From positions 1 to 37,965 of IMG/VR virus record IMGVR_UViG_3300029876_000020: a stretch of DNA of 37,965 bases. The stretch is one strand, 5' to 3'. The notes beneath the pieces were generated by a model. That model searched no databases. It was not told where the DNA came from and was given only the letters and a program-made list of their open reading frames with translations. This DNA is from a virus. Numbering within the stretch: position 1 is the first letter of the stretch; every line of letters begins with the position of its first letter. The translations under genes and the position numbers were made by a program. Positions 22,297-32,064 of the stretch are shown here, piece after piece.

Positions 22297-22609
22297 CTGC
22301 ATCATTGCGGCCCACGCCGCTGTCACCGATCAGGTCAGCCATGGCGGGCGGCTGAAATCCAAACGCTATTTTGTCTGGCAGGAAGACGGAACCGTTGACT
22401 TTGAGGCTGACGGCAAGCACGTCGAGGGCTGCATTACCGGTACCACCGATCTGTTCACCCAGCAGGAATTCGACCCGTGGCGGGAGGCGCTGGAAAAGTC
22501 CTTCGACGCCTCCGGTTGTATCGCGTGGCGGCTGAACAGCATCCAGTACGAGGCCGACCGCGGTATCTGGCACTATGAGTGGCGTTGGGAGGTGGCCGGT
22601 TGTGGCTAA
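22283..22609 (+). CDS. Head-tail joining protein (hypothetical)
   Basis: Called on position only. RBS GGAGGA. Confidence 0.45.
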   Translation: MKWSDCIIAAHAAVTDQVSHGGRLKSKRYFVWQEDGTVDFEADGKHVEGCITGTTDLFTQQEFDPWREALEKSFDASGCIAWRLNSIQYEADRGIWHYEWRWEVAGCG

Positions 22610-23114
22610 AATCCGGACAGACGGCGTTGACAAGTATTTGAAAAAGCTGGAAAAGCTGAACAAAAATACGGATGACGTTTGCAAGGCCGGTGTTTTTGCC
22701 GGGGCCAAAGTCATGGGCAACAAAATCGTTGCGGCCATCGACAAGATTCCCATTCATAACCCGCCACCCGGAAAAGAACAGTTTCACGCAAATCCAAATG
22801 CGGAAAAGCTTTTGGAAGGTCTTACCCCGACTCAAGCAGAAGACTTGAAAAAGGGATTCGGCATTGCAACTTTTAACCATGACGGCTTGGCGTGGAACAC
22901 AAAAACAGGCTTCAACGGATACAATCGCATCAAAACCAAAAAATACCCGAACGGCCAGCCCAATGCAATGATCGCACGCAGTCTGGAAAGCGGAACAAGC
23001 ATCCGAAAAAAGACGCCTTTTGTTGCGCCGACTGTACGAGCGGGACGGAAAGAGACCGAAAAGGCCATGGAAAAGGCCGTGGACGAAAAGGTCAAAGAAA
23101 TCATGAACGAATAA
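22602..23114 (+). CDS. HK97 gp10-like tail completion/neck protein
   Basis: GTG start 6 nt after GGGAGGTGG. Motif ...SLESGTSIRKKTPFVAPTVRAG.... Confidence 0.55.
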   Translation: MAKIRTDGVDKYLKKLEKLNKNTDDVCKAGVFAGAKVMGNKIVAAIDKIPIHNPPPGKEQFHANPNAEKLLEGLTPTQAEDLKKGFGIATFNHDGLAWNTKTGFNGYNRIKTKKYPNGQPNAMIARSLESGTSIRKKTPFVAPTVRAGRKETEKAMEKAVDEKVKEIMNE

Positions 23115-23120
23115 CACCCC

Positions 23121-23157
23121 GGAAGGTGTCCACAGTGGACACCTTCCTATTTTTTTA
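23121..23157 (+). terminator. Strong intrinsic terminator upstream of the major tail gene (hairpin family copy D)
   Basis: GGAAGGTGTCCA-CAG-TGGACACCTTCC: perfect 12-bp stem, then TATTTTTTT. Confidence 0.75.
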
Positions 23158-23177
23158 CTCTGAAAGGAGAAAGAAAA

Positions 23178-23798
23178 ATGGCTGAAACCACTCCCAAAAG
23201 CGTTGTGACGACTGGTTTTTCCAACATCCATGTCGCGCTCTACGCCGCAGAAAACGGCGTCGTCAGCTACACCAGCGTGCACAAGCTGGGCCGCTCGGTG
23301 AGCATGAGCACCGATATCTCGACCAGCGACGACAATAATTTCTATGCCGATGACCGGCTGGCCGAGACGGAGACCGGCTCCGCGTTCACGGACGGCTCCG
23401 GCACCATGACCATCGACGGCCTGACCCCGGACGATGAGGCCTTCCTGATGGGTCTCAAGGCCGGTGATCCGGTCACTGTCGATGCAAACCAGATCGAGAC
23501 GCTGGAATATGGCGCGGACATGGATCCGCCCTATATCGGCATCGGCGCGATGAAAAAGGTACAGCGGGACGGCAAGAGCTACTGGGGCGCAATGGTGCTG
23601 TGCAAGTGCCGTTGCAAGGTGCCCGGTGATGATGCTTCCACGCAGGAAGATCAGATCGACTGGCAGACTCAGGACATCGACTTCACCATCATGCGGGACG
23701 ACAGCACCAAAAACCGCTGGAAGATCATCCCCAAAAAGCTGTTCGAAACGGAAAACGACGCAGTTGCATTTATCAAGAAGGCTCTGGGAGGCGAGTAA
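23178..23798 (+). CDS. Major tail protein
   Basis: 206 aa. Lies upstream of the chaperone pair and the tape measure gene. Confidence 0.75.
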   Translation: MAETTPKSVVTTGFSNIHVALYAAENGVVSYTSVHKLGRSVSMSTDISTSDDNNFYADDRLAETETGSAFTDGSGTMTIDGLTPDDEAFLMGLKAGDPVTVDANQIETLEYGADMDPPYIGIGAMKKVQRDGKSYWGAMVLCKCRCKVPGDDASTQEDQIDWQTQDIDFTIMRDDSTKNRWKIIPKKLFETENDAVAFIKKALGGE

Positions 23799-23801
23799 AC
23801 C

Positions 23802-24224
23802 ATGGATGACAAGTACATTGTCTGGGCAGAGATCAAAGGCAAAAAATTCCCGCTGTGCCTGACTGTCGGCGCGGCAGATGAGCTTGAAAAAGCGTTCGGC
23901 AGCATCCCGGCCATCGGCCAGAACGTCACTGACCACGCCAATAAAGAAGAGTTGGGCGAAATGATGCACACCATCCTTTCTGCGTTCCTGCCTCTGGCCA
24001 AGGCGGGCAAGGACTATCTTGCCGCCCGCGCCGCTTTTTCGGGCGAAAAAGGCGAATCCACCCCCGACGTGCCGGAGGTAGACGTTTTGCAGACCATTTT
24101 GTCCGGCACTGAGATCGTTCACAACATCTGGGCCGCTGTTGCCCTTGCCTTGCAGGGCGGCTCGTCCCGCGACGTCGAGGTAGCACCCGACAACAGCGTA
24201 AAAAACGGAGAAACCGCCATGTGA
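23802..24224 (+). CDS. Tail assembly chaperone (gpG-like)
   Basis: Position. Ends just after a slippery heptamer. Confidence 0.7.
   Translation: MDDKYIVWAEIKGKKFPLCLTVGAADELEKAFGSIPAIGQNVTDHANKEELGEMMHTILSAFLPLAKAGKDYLAARAAFSGEKGESTPDVPEVDVLQTILSGTEIVHNIWAAVALALQGGSSRDVEVAPDNSVKNGETAM
24200..24206 (+). other. -1 programmed frameshift slippery heptamer A_AAA_AAC
   Basis: In the zero frame it reads gtA AAA AAC. The -1 frame stays open through to 24400. Confidence 0.65.
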
Positions 24225-24400
24225 TCCGGCTCAACACAACGTGGTACCTGTATTATGGCCGAAAGCTGGGCATGAACGAGCACGAGGTGCTCGCGTGCCC
24301 GCTTGGCCGAATGCTGGACTACATGGCGTGCATGCAAATTGAAAACGGTGCAGACCAAAAGGTCTACGCTGAACTTGACGAGCTTGCAAATATCCGATAA
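24221..24400 (+). CDS. gpT-like extension of the tail chaperone (-1 frame)
   Basis: 59-codon open frame in -1 relative to 23802..24224. It ends 14 nt before the tape measure start. Confidence 0.6.
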   Translation: MIRLNTTWYLYYGRKLGMNEHEVLACPLGRMLDYMACMQIENGADQKVYAELDELANIR

Positions 24401-24414
24401 GGAGGTGGTAGAAC

Positions 24415-27306
24415 TTGGCGAGAACGGACATCGGCCCCACAATCAGCGTTGAGGGCGAGAGCGAATACCGCAAGCAGATGAAAAACATCATCCAGCAGCA
24501 GAAGGAATACTCCTCCGAGCTGAATCTGGTTACGGCAAACCTTGGCAAAAACGCCACGGCCCAGCAAAAGGCCACCTCCATTGCATCGGTGCTGAAAAAA
24601 CAGATCCAGAACCAAGAATCTGCCCTTTCGGCACAAAACACAATGCTTCAAAAGGCGGTCACCAAGTGGGGTGACGCCAGCACTCAGGCGTCTGCCTTCC
24701 GCACGGCGGTCAACAAAACCAGCACCGAGCTGGTGACCCTCAAAAGCCGCCTTTCCGACGCGGAAAACGGTCTGGGCGAGTTTGCGTCTGAGACCAAAAG
24801 CTCCGGCGAGAGCCTGACCGCCTCCGTCACGGCGGGCACGCTGGCCGCAAAAGCCTATGAAACCGTGGGCAGCGCCTTGCTTTCTGCGGGGAAAAAGGTC
24901 ATCCAAGCGGGCGTCAGCTATAACGCCCAGTTGGAGCAGTACCAGACCGCATTGACCAACATGCTGGGCAGCAGCCAAGCGGCAGAGCAAGCGCTGGAGA
25001 ACATCAAGCAGGATGCGGCCAAGACCCCCTTTGACACGGCGGGCCTTGTGAAGGCCAATGAGCTGCTGATCTCCACCGGCGTGGATGCGGACAGCTCGCG
25101 CAAGGTCATCCTTGCGCTGGGCGACGCTGTTTCTGCTACCGGCGGCGGCAACGACGAACTGAGCCGCATGGCGCAGAACTTGCAGCAGATTCGGAACGCG
25201 GGCCAAGCGACGTCGGCGGACATCAAGCAGTTTGCCTATGCGGGCATTGACGTCTACGGCCTTCTGGCGGACTACACCGGCAAAACCACGGCGGAAGTCC
25301 AGAACATGACCGTTACCTATGACGACCTGACCGCTGCGCTGGAAAAGGCCGCCGATGAGGGCGGGCGTTACTATGGCTCCATGTCCACTCAGAGCGAGAC
25401 GCTCAACGGACAATGGAGCACCTTGACGGACAACGCGACCCAATTGGCCGGTCTCATGACCGGGGACTTGACCGACGGCGTCAAAAACGTGGTGGGCAAC
25501 CTCAACGACCTGACCGTGTCCGCAGCAGAGGCATACAAAACGGACGGCTGGGTCGGGCTGGCCACAGAAATTGCGTCGCTGAACCCGCTCATTTCGGGCG
25601 TCATCAATGAGATGTCTTCTCTGGGCGACCATCTGGCCAGCATTGGCAAAAATGCAATCAGCATCCTCGATCAGTGGAGCTATAAGCTCAACAAAGCGCT
25701 GGGAAAGGACGCTTATGCCAAGTATGACAGCTATGAGGATTATCGGTCTGATACCAACTCCCAGAGAAACAGTGACAGCCGCCATCAGGCGGCGCATTCC
25801 GGGAAGGGCATCTCGACTACTGAAAAGCAATATGACCGGCTGCACCCGACCGTAACCAAGCCGACCGGCAGTAATTCGGGGGGCGGAACCAGAAGCCAAA
25901 GATCCGGGACGACAACATCCGGGACGACTCCGGAAAAAGCTGCGGCCGACCAGAAAAAATTGGCCAAGAGTGTAACGGACACCAACACCGAACTGCTGGA
26001 AGGCACCGGGAACATCGTCGGAGCCATCAAGCAGGTGACGGAGACCGCTGACAACACGTATAACGTCTACGACGGCACGACAAAGCAGCTCAAGGGCACC
26101 ACCCAAGAGACCGCCCAGACCGTGACCCGCACATGGACGGAAATGGTGGACGGCATCCAGAAAAATTATAAGCAGGTCGTCACCCTGCTGGATGGCGTGG
26201 AGCAGAGCAGCAAAACTACGGTCGAAAACGTCACCACTGCCGGGAAGACATCAACCAGCTCCAAAGCTGAAAAAATCTACGGCGTGGACGGCGTGATCGG
26301 CGCGCTGGATCGCACCACTCAGACCACAAAGCAGATCGAGCAGGTCATCGACCAGACGACCGGCGAAGTCAAAGAAAATGTGGTCTCCACCACCGATGTT
26401 GTGACCGACTCCTACACAGCCATGGTGGACGGTGTAGCGCAGACGGTGGAGCGCACGACTACCTACGTCAACGGCCTCGTGACTGATGTGCAGGAAAAGA
26501 CCACCGGCCTGAAGACCGAGATCAAGGGCATTCAAGGTACGGTGGGCAGCTTCTCGCAGTTCATCCTCGACCTCGACACCAAGGTGGGCGGGCTGGAAAA
26601 GGCCGCCTCCAATCTGAGCAAAAGCCCGCTGGGCACATGGTTCTCAGACCTAAAAAAAGGATACCGGGCCAGCGATTCGTTTTTCGAGGACATCGACATT
26701 GGAAGCATGGCCGTCAATGCGTTGGTATCTGGCGCAAGCGGATATGTTAGTTCCGGCGGAAACTGGGTCAGTGCACTTGTTAGCGCGGGCCTTTCAATTG
26801 CCGGGGATTTGATCGGCACAAATCTTTCGGGCCTTGCAAATGAGTCAAACGGCTGGGGCCAAGACCTTGCAACCAATATGGCAAACGGTTTAAAAACTGC
26901 CGGGAGCAAGCTGGCAACTGCCGCTAAAAATCTGGCCGGAAAAGTTGCAAGCTTCCTGCATTTCTCCCGCCCGGATGAAGGCCCGCTGCGCGAGTACGAG
27001 CAGTGGATGCCGGACATGGTCAAGGGCATGGCGCAGGGCATCAAGAGCAACGCCTACCGGCTGCGGGACGCTGTGCGCGGCATGACCGGCCAGTTGGACA
27101 CCCAGATGACCTACGACGTCGGGCGTGCCAGCCCGGCCTTTACCGCTGCTTCTACCTTCCGGCGGATCAGCATGGGCGGCATCAACGTCAATATCTACCC
27201 CCACGAGGGGCAGGACGCAGAGGAGATCGCCCAGTACACCATCGACCGACTGCAAATGATGATCAATTCGGAGGCCTCCGCAAATGGAGAAGTACCTGTA
27301 TTTTAA
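24415..27306 (+). CDS. Tape measure protein
   Basis: 963 aa. TTG start after GGAGGTGG. Coiled-coil and T/S-rich regions; position in the tail module. Confidence 0.9.
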   Translation: MARTDIGPTISVEGESEYRKQMKNIIQQQKEYSSELNLVTANLGKNATAQQKATSIASVLKKQIQNQESALSAQNTMLQKAVTKWGDASTQASAFRTAVNKTSTELVTLKSRLSDAENGLGEFASETKSSGESLTASVTAGTLAAKAYETVGSALLSAGKKVIQAGVSYNAQLEQYQTALTNMLGSSQAAEQALENIKQDAAKTPFDTAGLVKANELLISTGVDADSSRKVILALGDAVSATGGGNDELSRMAQNLQQIRNAGQATSADIKQFAYAGIDVYGLLADYTGKTTAEVQNMTVTYDDLTAALEKAADEGGRYYGSMSTQSETLNGQWSTLTDNATQLAGLMTGDLTDGVKNVVGNLNDLTVSAAEAYKTDGWVGLATEIASLNPLISGVINEMSSLGDHLASIGKNAISILDQWSYKLNKALGKDAYAKYDSYEDYRSDTNSQRNSDSRHQAAHSGKGISTTEKQYDRLHPTVTKPTGSNSGGGTRSQRSGTTTSGTTPEKAAADQKKLAKSVTDTNTELLEGTGNIVGAIKQVTETADNTYNVYDGTTKQLKGTTQETAQTVTRTWTEMVDGIQKNYKQVVTLLDGVEQSSKTTVENVTTAGKTSTSSKAEKIYGVDGVIGALDRTTQTTKQIEQVIDQTTGEVKENVVSTTDVVTDSYTAMVDGVAQTVERTTTYVNGLVTDVQEKTTGLKTEIKGIQGTVGSFSQFILDLDTKVGGLEKAASNLSKSPLGTWFSDLKKGYRASDSFFEDIDIGSMAVNALVSGASGYVSSGGNWVSALVSAGLSIAGDLIGTNLSGLANESNGWGQDLATNMANGLKTAGSKLATAAKNLAGKVASFLHFSRPDEGPLREYEQWMPDMVKGMAQGIKSNAYRLRDAVRGMTGQLDTQMTYDVGRASPAFTAASTFRRISMGGINVNIYPHEGQDAEEIAQYTIDRLQMMINSEASANGEVPVF

Positions 27307-27997
27307 CGGCCACAGCTCTGACGAGTATTTTTGCCATATCGAGCACAAGCCGGACATCCCGGTGCCGGAAGCCAAGTACGAAGAGTATGAGGTTCCGGGC
27401 CGGAACGGCAAGCTCCACGCCGACCTCGGCTATTACGACAACGTGACCGTGACCTATCAGCTCTATTTCCACGGGCGCAACCCGACCGCAGAGGATGCCC
27501 GGACGATCAAAAAATGGCTGGCCGGGACGCCGGGGACGCACCAGCTTTCGGACGGGTATGACCCGGCCTTTTTCTATCTGGCTATTGCTAAGCCCGGCAG
27601 CATTTCCAACCTCTTCGACAAGTATGGGCGGCTGTCGGTCGAGTTCGACTGCGACCCGCGCCATTTCTCGGTCGTGGGATATCAGGCGATGCAGATGCAG
27701 AGCGGCCAGACGCTGCTCAACCCGCTGGATCATGTAGCGCTGCCGTGGTTGGAGATCACCGGCAACGGCTCCGAGGGCAAGTTCACGGTCAATGGCGTGG
27801 ACTTTGCGGTGGGGACGGTGGCGAATAAAACGCTCTACTGTGACTGTGAAAACTGGGACGCCTACCTGACCGGCGGCACCAATGCCAACGCGCGGGTGGG
27901 CGGCACATGGCCCAGCTTACAGCCGGGCGAAAATACGATCAGTTGGAGCGGCGGCGTGACCGGCGTGAAACTGACACCGAGGTGGTGGACATTATGA
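27284..27997 (+). CDS. Distal tail protein (Dit)
   Basis: Immediately follows the tape measure gene. N-terminus MEKYLYFNGHSSDEYF...VPGRNG. Confidence 0.7.
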   Translation: MEKYLYFNGHSSDEYFCHIEHKPDIPVPEAKYEEYEVPGRNGKLHADLGYYDNVTVTYQLYFHGRNPTAEDARTIKKWLAGTPGTHQLSDGYDPAFFYLAIAKPGSISNLFDKYGRLSVEFDCDPRHFSVVGYQAMQMQSGQTLLNPLDHVALPWLEITGNGSEGKFTVNGVDFAVGTVANKTLYCDCENWDAYLTGGTNANARVGGTWPSLQPGENTISWSGGVTGVKLTPRWWTL

Positions 27998-29598
27998 CCC
28001 CTATTTTGCACGAGGACAGCGAGACCTCCATCCGTAATTACGGTTGGGGCGCACTAAAGGACGCGACGAGCTGTACGGTGAGCTGCGAAGAAAACGGCGC
28101 GTTCGACCTGACCCTCATCTACCCGATGACCGGACTCCACGCGGAAAAGCTGCTGGAGCGAAAGCTGATCAGCGCCGCGCCGTCCCTCTACGAAAACCGG
28201 CAGTTTTTTCGCATCTACCGCATCACGCGGCCCATGGACGGAAGGATGCAGGCCTATGCACATCATATCTCGTATGACCTCAACAACTGCGTGGTCAAGC
28301 CCTTCACGGCGAAAAGCCTGAGCGAAGCAATCAGCAAACTGCGGGGCAACATTGTCGGCGACTGTCCGTTTTCCATCTCCGCCGATTACGATACGAGCGG
28401 GGATTTTTCGGTCAGCAAGCCGATGACAGTGCGCGCGGCCATGCTTTCCAGCAACGGCGACAACCTTGCGGATACCTACGACGGCGTGTGGTCTTTCGAC
28501 GGCATGAGCTGCGTTTTGAAGCGGAAGGTTACGACCAACCGGGGCGTTCAGATCGCCTACGGTCTGAATCTGCTGGACGTGACGCAGGAAAAGAACATTG
28601 AGGACATCTACACTCACGTGTATCCCTATTGGATGAACGCCGAGAAAGGCAAGTATTACGACCTCGCGCCCATCCAAGCGTCCACGATCACCGGCTACCG
28701 AAAAATCTACCCGCTGGACTTGACCAGCTACTACGAGAAGGCCCCGTCCGACGCCAGTATGAAAAAGACGGCGCAGGAATTTATCGCCAAAAACGAGATC
28801 GGCAAGATTGAAGTCAGCCTGACGGTCAGCTATGTGCAGTTGGAAAAGTGCGTGGAGTACACCGGCTCCGGCCAGAGCAAGATCATCCTGCGGGGGGATA
28901 CGGTAGAAGTTCGCTACCTGCGCCTCGGCGTCAGCGCCTTGGCCCGTGTCACCAAAACGGATTACAACGTTCTGCTGGATCGGTACGACTCCATCCAAGT
29001 GGGCAATGTCAAAGAAAAGCTCGCCCGCACCACGGTGCGCGAGCGCAGCCGCGTGACTACCACCAACGACCGCGCCGTGGATGCAAGCCGCGTCGCCACC
29101 AACTACATTGCCGAAAAAGCAGACGGAGACATCAATTTCGGCGTCGGCGATTACTCGTACATCATCAACCGGGATGGGCTGGAGTTCAGCGGCATCCGCA
29201 ACCAGCGCCCCATCGGCGACTGGAAGGGCTATGGGTCGATGGGAAGCCAGACCTTCAAAATCGACCTTTCCGGCTACTCTGCGGTGCTGATCACATTCGA
29301 GAGCAACAAAGGCTCGACATGGCTCGCGCACGGCGGCAGTGCTGGCCCGACCTCTGTTGTGATTCCGGTCAACGGAAAACGCTACTCTTTGATGTACGCA
29401 TGGAACACCCCTCATCGGCGGGATGTTATCGTATCCAGTTCCGGCGTCTATTTTGGACCCGGATATGAGCGCACATCGAAATACATAATGATCACAGCAA
29501 CGGGCAGCACCTTTTTCAGCTTGCAGAGCCCCGGCACCGACGGATGGGATGAAAACTCTTCCGTCTGTGTGCCTTACGAAATGTACGGTTTTATGTAG
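27994..29598 (+). CDS. Tail-associated protein (Tal / prophage tail endopeptidase-like N-terminus)
   Basis: ATGA overlap with Dit. 534 aa. Motif ...FFRIYRITRPMDG...HHISYDLNN. Confidence 0.7.
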   Translation: MTPILHEDSETSIRNYGWGALKDATSCTVSCEENGAFDLTLIYPMTGLHAEKLLERKLISAAPSLYENRQFFRIYRITRPMDGRMQAYAHHISYDLNNCVVKPFTAKSLSEAISKLRGNIVGDCPFSISADYDTSGDFSVSKPMTVRAAMLSSNGDNLADTYDGVWSFDGMSCVLKRKVTTNRGVQIAYGLNLLDVTQEKNIEDIYTHVYPYWMNAEKGKYYDLAPIQASTITGYRKIYPLDLTSYYEKAPSDASMKKTAQEFIAKNEIGKIEVSLTVSYVQLEKCVEYTGSGQSKIILRGDTVEVRYLRLGVSALARVTKTDYNVLLDRYDSIQVGNVKEKLARTTVRERSRVTTTNDRAVDASRVATNYIAEKADGDINFGVGDYSYIINRDGLEFSGIRNQRPIGDWKGYGSMGSQTFKIDLSGYSAVLITFESNKGSTWLAHGGSAGPTSVVIPVNGKRYSLMYAWNTPHRRDVIVSSSGVYFGPGYERTSKYIMITATGSTFFSLQSPGTDGWDENSSVCVPYEMYGFM

Positions 29599-29608
29599 GA
29601 GGGCGAAC

Positions 29609-29848
29609 ATGAAAAAACAGGATTATCTTTTCAAGTGTCAAATCGGCCCGGATGGCCGCATCTCCGGCGGCGTATGGCTGTACAAGAAAGTGGTGCCGAA
29701 TCCGCTGCCGGAAGGAGAGCGCGTTTTTGAAGAGTTCCCGGAGTGCCGCAACGGCGGGGAGGATTACGTTTGGGACGGCCAGACGCTGACCTATGCGCCG
29801 CTGCCGGAACCGGAAAAGGAGGAAGACGATGCAGCAGATCAAGATTGA
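29609..29848 (+). CDS. Hypothetical tail-module protein (79 aa)
   Basis: ATG after GGAGGG. Confidence 0.5.
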   Translation: MKKQDYLFKCQIGPDGRISGGVWLYKKVVPNPLPEGERVFEEFPECRNGGEDYVWDGQTLTYAPLPEPEKEEDDAADQD

Positions 29849-31097
29849 TTTTGACAACCCCGGCTTGCCGCAGCACCTCGAAGCCATGGAGGGCGACGCG
29901 CAGAGTCGGTTCTTTCAGGCGACGCTGTACCGCTCCGGCGCGGCCTACACGCCCCCGGCTGATGCGGTCTACAGCATCATGTACCGGGGTTTCGGCGAGC
30001 AGAATCAGGGCTGGTATGACACCATTGAGGACGACACAGGCAAGCGCGACGCTTGCGTTGCGTCCGGCAATGTCGTGACCTGCGAGATCGACCGCCACGC
30101 ATTGATCGTGCCGGGCCATGTCAGCATCGTGCTGTGCATCACCAATGACCGGGGCTATATGCTCAAGAGCCGCCCCATCCTGACCGACGCCCGGAATGAC
30201 AACTATAACGACACCGTAGAGGTCGAAAGCTTTTTCCAAATCACGGGCAAAACCTCGGCGTGGTGGTTGCAAAGCAAGAAGGACGTCCAAGATCTTGTGG
30301 ACAAGGCAACGACCGAGGCCACAAAAGCCGAAAACAGCGCGAATGCCTCTGCCGGTTCCGCTGCCGCAGCCGCCCGGAGCGAGAACGCCGCGGCGGGAAG
30401 TGCCACGGCAGCAGCCAACTCGGCCAGCGCGGCGGAAAAGTCCAAAACGGCGGCGGCGACGTCGGAGATCAACGCGGCCAGATACGAGGAAGCCGCCAAA
30501 CAAGTGGTGACGCAGAACGCCAAAGGCTACGGCGGCGGATACTCTCGCACCTTTACTTTGACGGCCCCGCAGGCCGGGTGGACGGCGCTGGAAACGCCCA
30601 TCGGCATTTACCGCTATTATGCCGACGTGGCCCTCGCGGACTGCACCGCCAAGTGGAACGCTTTTGCGGCTGTTTTGCCGGAGAGCGCTATGGCAGCTTT
30701 CGTGGCGCGGGTGGCGAATATCATTGAGACGAAGGACGGCAGCGTGCGTCTGTATGCGGTGAACGTTCCGGACGGCGATGTGAAGTTTACTCTCTCAGTG
30801 TTTGCGGTAGGTTCCCGCACCTACAGCCTGACGGTACCTGTCAATGGGTGGGTACAGGCAGAAAACACTGTGGGGGTCAACCAGTGGCAATGCGATTTGA
30901 CGCTGGAAGACTCTTCCGTTGAAAAAGTACCAATGGGTATGGCCGCACTGGAAAACACCACCGAAGCGCTCTCCACCCCGGGCCTGAGCGCAACGATGGA
31001 GACGTTTGACGGGTACATCCGAGTTTATGCAAAGAAAAGGCCAGCGGTAGACATCAACATTGTGGTGATTCTGCTGGCAAAGAATGAGGTGAACTGA
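29829..31097 (+). CDS. BppU-like baseplate upper protein / tail fibre with an Ala/Ser-rich coiled coil
   Basis: N-terminal IDFDNPGLPQHLEAMEGDAQSRFFQATLY, then ATTEATKAENSANASAGSAAAAARSENAAAGSATAAANSASAAEKSK. Confidence 0.6.
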   Translation: MQQIKIDFDNPGLPQHLEAMEGDAQSRFFQATLYRSGAAYTPPADAVYSIMYRGFGEQNQGWYDTIEDDTGKRDACVASGNVVTCEIDRHALIVPGHVSIVLCITNDRGYMLKSRPILTDARNDNYNDTVEVESFFQITGKTSAWWLQSKKDVQDLVDKATTEATKAENSANASAGSAAAAARSENAAAGSATAAANSASAAEKSKTAAATSEINAARYEEAAKQVVTQNAKGYGGGYSRTFTLTAPQAGWTALETPIGIYRYYADVALADCTAKWNAFAAVLPESAMAAFVARVANIIETKDGSVRLYAVNVPDGDVKFTLSVFAVGSRTYSLTVPVNGWVQAENTVGVNQWQCDLTLEDSSVEKVPMGMAALENTTEALSTPGLSATMETFDGYIRVYAKKRPAVDINIVVILLAKNEVN

Positions 31098-31643
31098 ATG
31101 GCAATTGGTTCTATGACCACCAACAGCACGGTGGATATAATCGACAAGACCCTGACCATTGAGAACGCACCGGCTGACGCAAAGGCTACCGGTGACGCGC
31201 TGGCTGGGAAGCTTGGTCTGCACGACACCGCAGACAACTCTGCCAAATGGGGTGATTATGAGCGGCGTTTTAATGAGGTAACTGCTTCCACGCTTGTGCT
31301 CGTAGAAACCGCAGGAAAGTACGTTGATTTGCGTCCGGCAGATAGCATCGGATTAACAGTCGTCGTCGCCTCCGGCGACAAATACATCCGCTTTGCGGAT
31401 GGCACGCAGATTTGCTGGGAAATCGGCTGCTACGTTGACGGGTATATCACGGAAACAAATAGACGTGTTAATTTCCCGGTGGCATTTGCAAGCATCCCGG
31501 CAGTTGTTGCTGCATCTAACGCAAATATTGGTAATACGACGGTTATTGTTGGCTGGGAGTCAACCACAGGCTTTTCGATTGGTGCAGCAGACAAAAATGC
31601 AAGAGGCAATACAAGCTGGCTCGCCATTGGCCGCTGGAAGTAA
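31098..31643 (+). CDS. Tail fibre / receptor-binding protein
   Basis: APADAKATGDALAGK motif, which is common in fibres. Position. Confidence 0.55.
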   Translation: MAIGSMTTNSTVDIIDKTLTIENAPADAKATGDALAGKLGLHDTADNSAKWGDYERRFNEVTASTLVLVETAGKYVDLRPADSIGLTVVVASGDKYIRFADGTQICWEIGCYVDGYITETNRRVNFPVAFASIPAVVAASNANIGNTTVIVGWESTTGFSIGAADKNARGNTSWLAIGRWK

Positions 31644-31655
31644 GGAGGAAGACAC

Positions 31656-31931
31656 ATGGAAATTACTTTAGGCTACACCCTCGCCAAGCCCGTAGAAACG
31701 CAGGAGCAGTGCACCGCTTACGCTGAGATGGCACAGGCCGTGAACGAGCACAATGCCGCCTGTGGGGTGGGCGACACGCTGTGGGTCATTGAGGATAAGG
31801 CCGACTGCTACGAGGTGGCAGAGGGCGGCACGGTGCCGGAGCCGGAACCGGCAAGCACCCTACCCACCACAGAGGAGCGGCTGGCAGCATTGGAAGCCGG
31901 TCTCATTGAGCTGGCCGCACAGGAGGTATGA
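31656..31931 (+). CDS. Hypothetical protein (91 aa)
   Basis: ORF with AAGGAGGAAG upstream. Confidence 0.55.
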   Translation: MEITLGYTLAKPVETQEQCTAYAEMAQAVNEHNAACGVGDTLWVIEDKADCYEVAEGGTVPEPEPASTLPTTEERLAALEAGLIELAAQEV

Positions 31932-31932
31932 C

Positions 31933-32064
31933 ATGGTACAATTTTACGTGACACAGATCAAGCTCCACCGATTTGACGGCACCTTCACCATCGACGACGT
32001 GCCGACCCGCTGGCGGGCCCGCGTACAGGCCGAGCTGGACAAGGAGGCGCAGGAAAATGGCTGA
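31933..32064 (+). CDS. XkdX-like small protein (43 aa)
   Basis: ATG after GGAGGT. Lies just before the endolysin. Sequence ...FTIDDVPTRWRARVQAEL. Confidence 0.4.
   Translation: MVQFYVTQIKLHRFDGTFTIDDVPTRWRARVQAELDKEAQENG

Noticed and set aside
17652-30503. Series of long minus-strand ORFs across the structural region (17652..18617, 18660..20066, 22455..24122, 24364..26106, 28054..29610, 29631..30503)
   Set aside because: All are antisense to recognisable terminase, portal, protease, tail, tape-measure and Tal genes. Their sequences are low-complexity and R/G/A-rich, and they lack RBSs. These are shadow ORFs.
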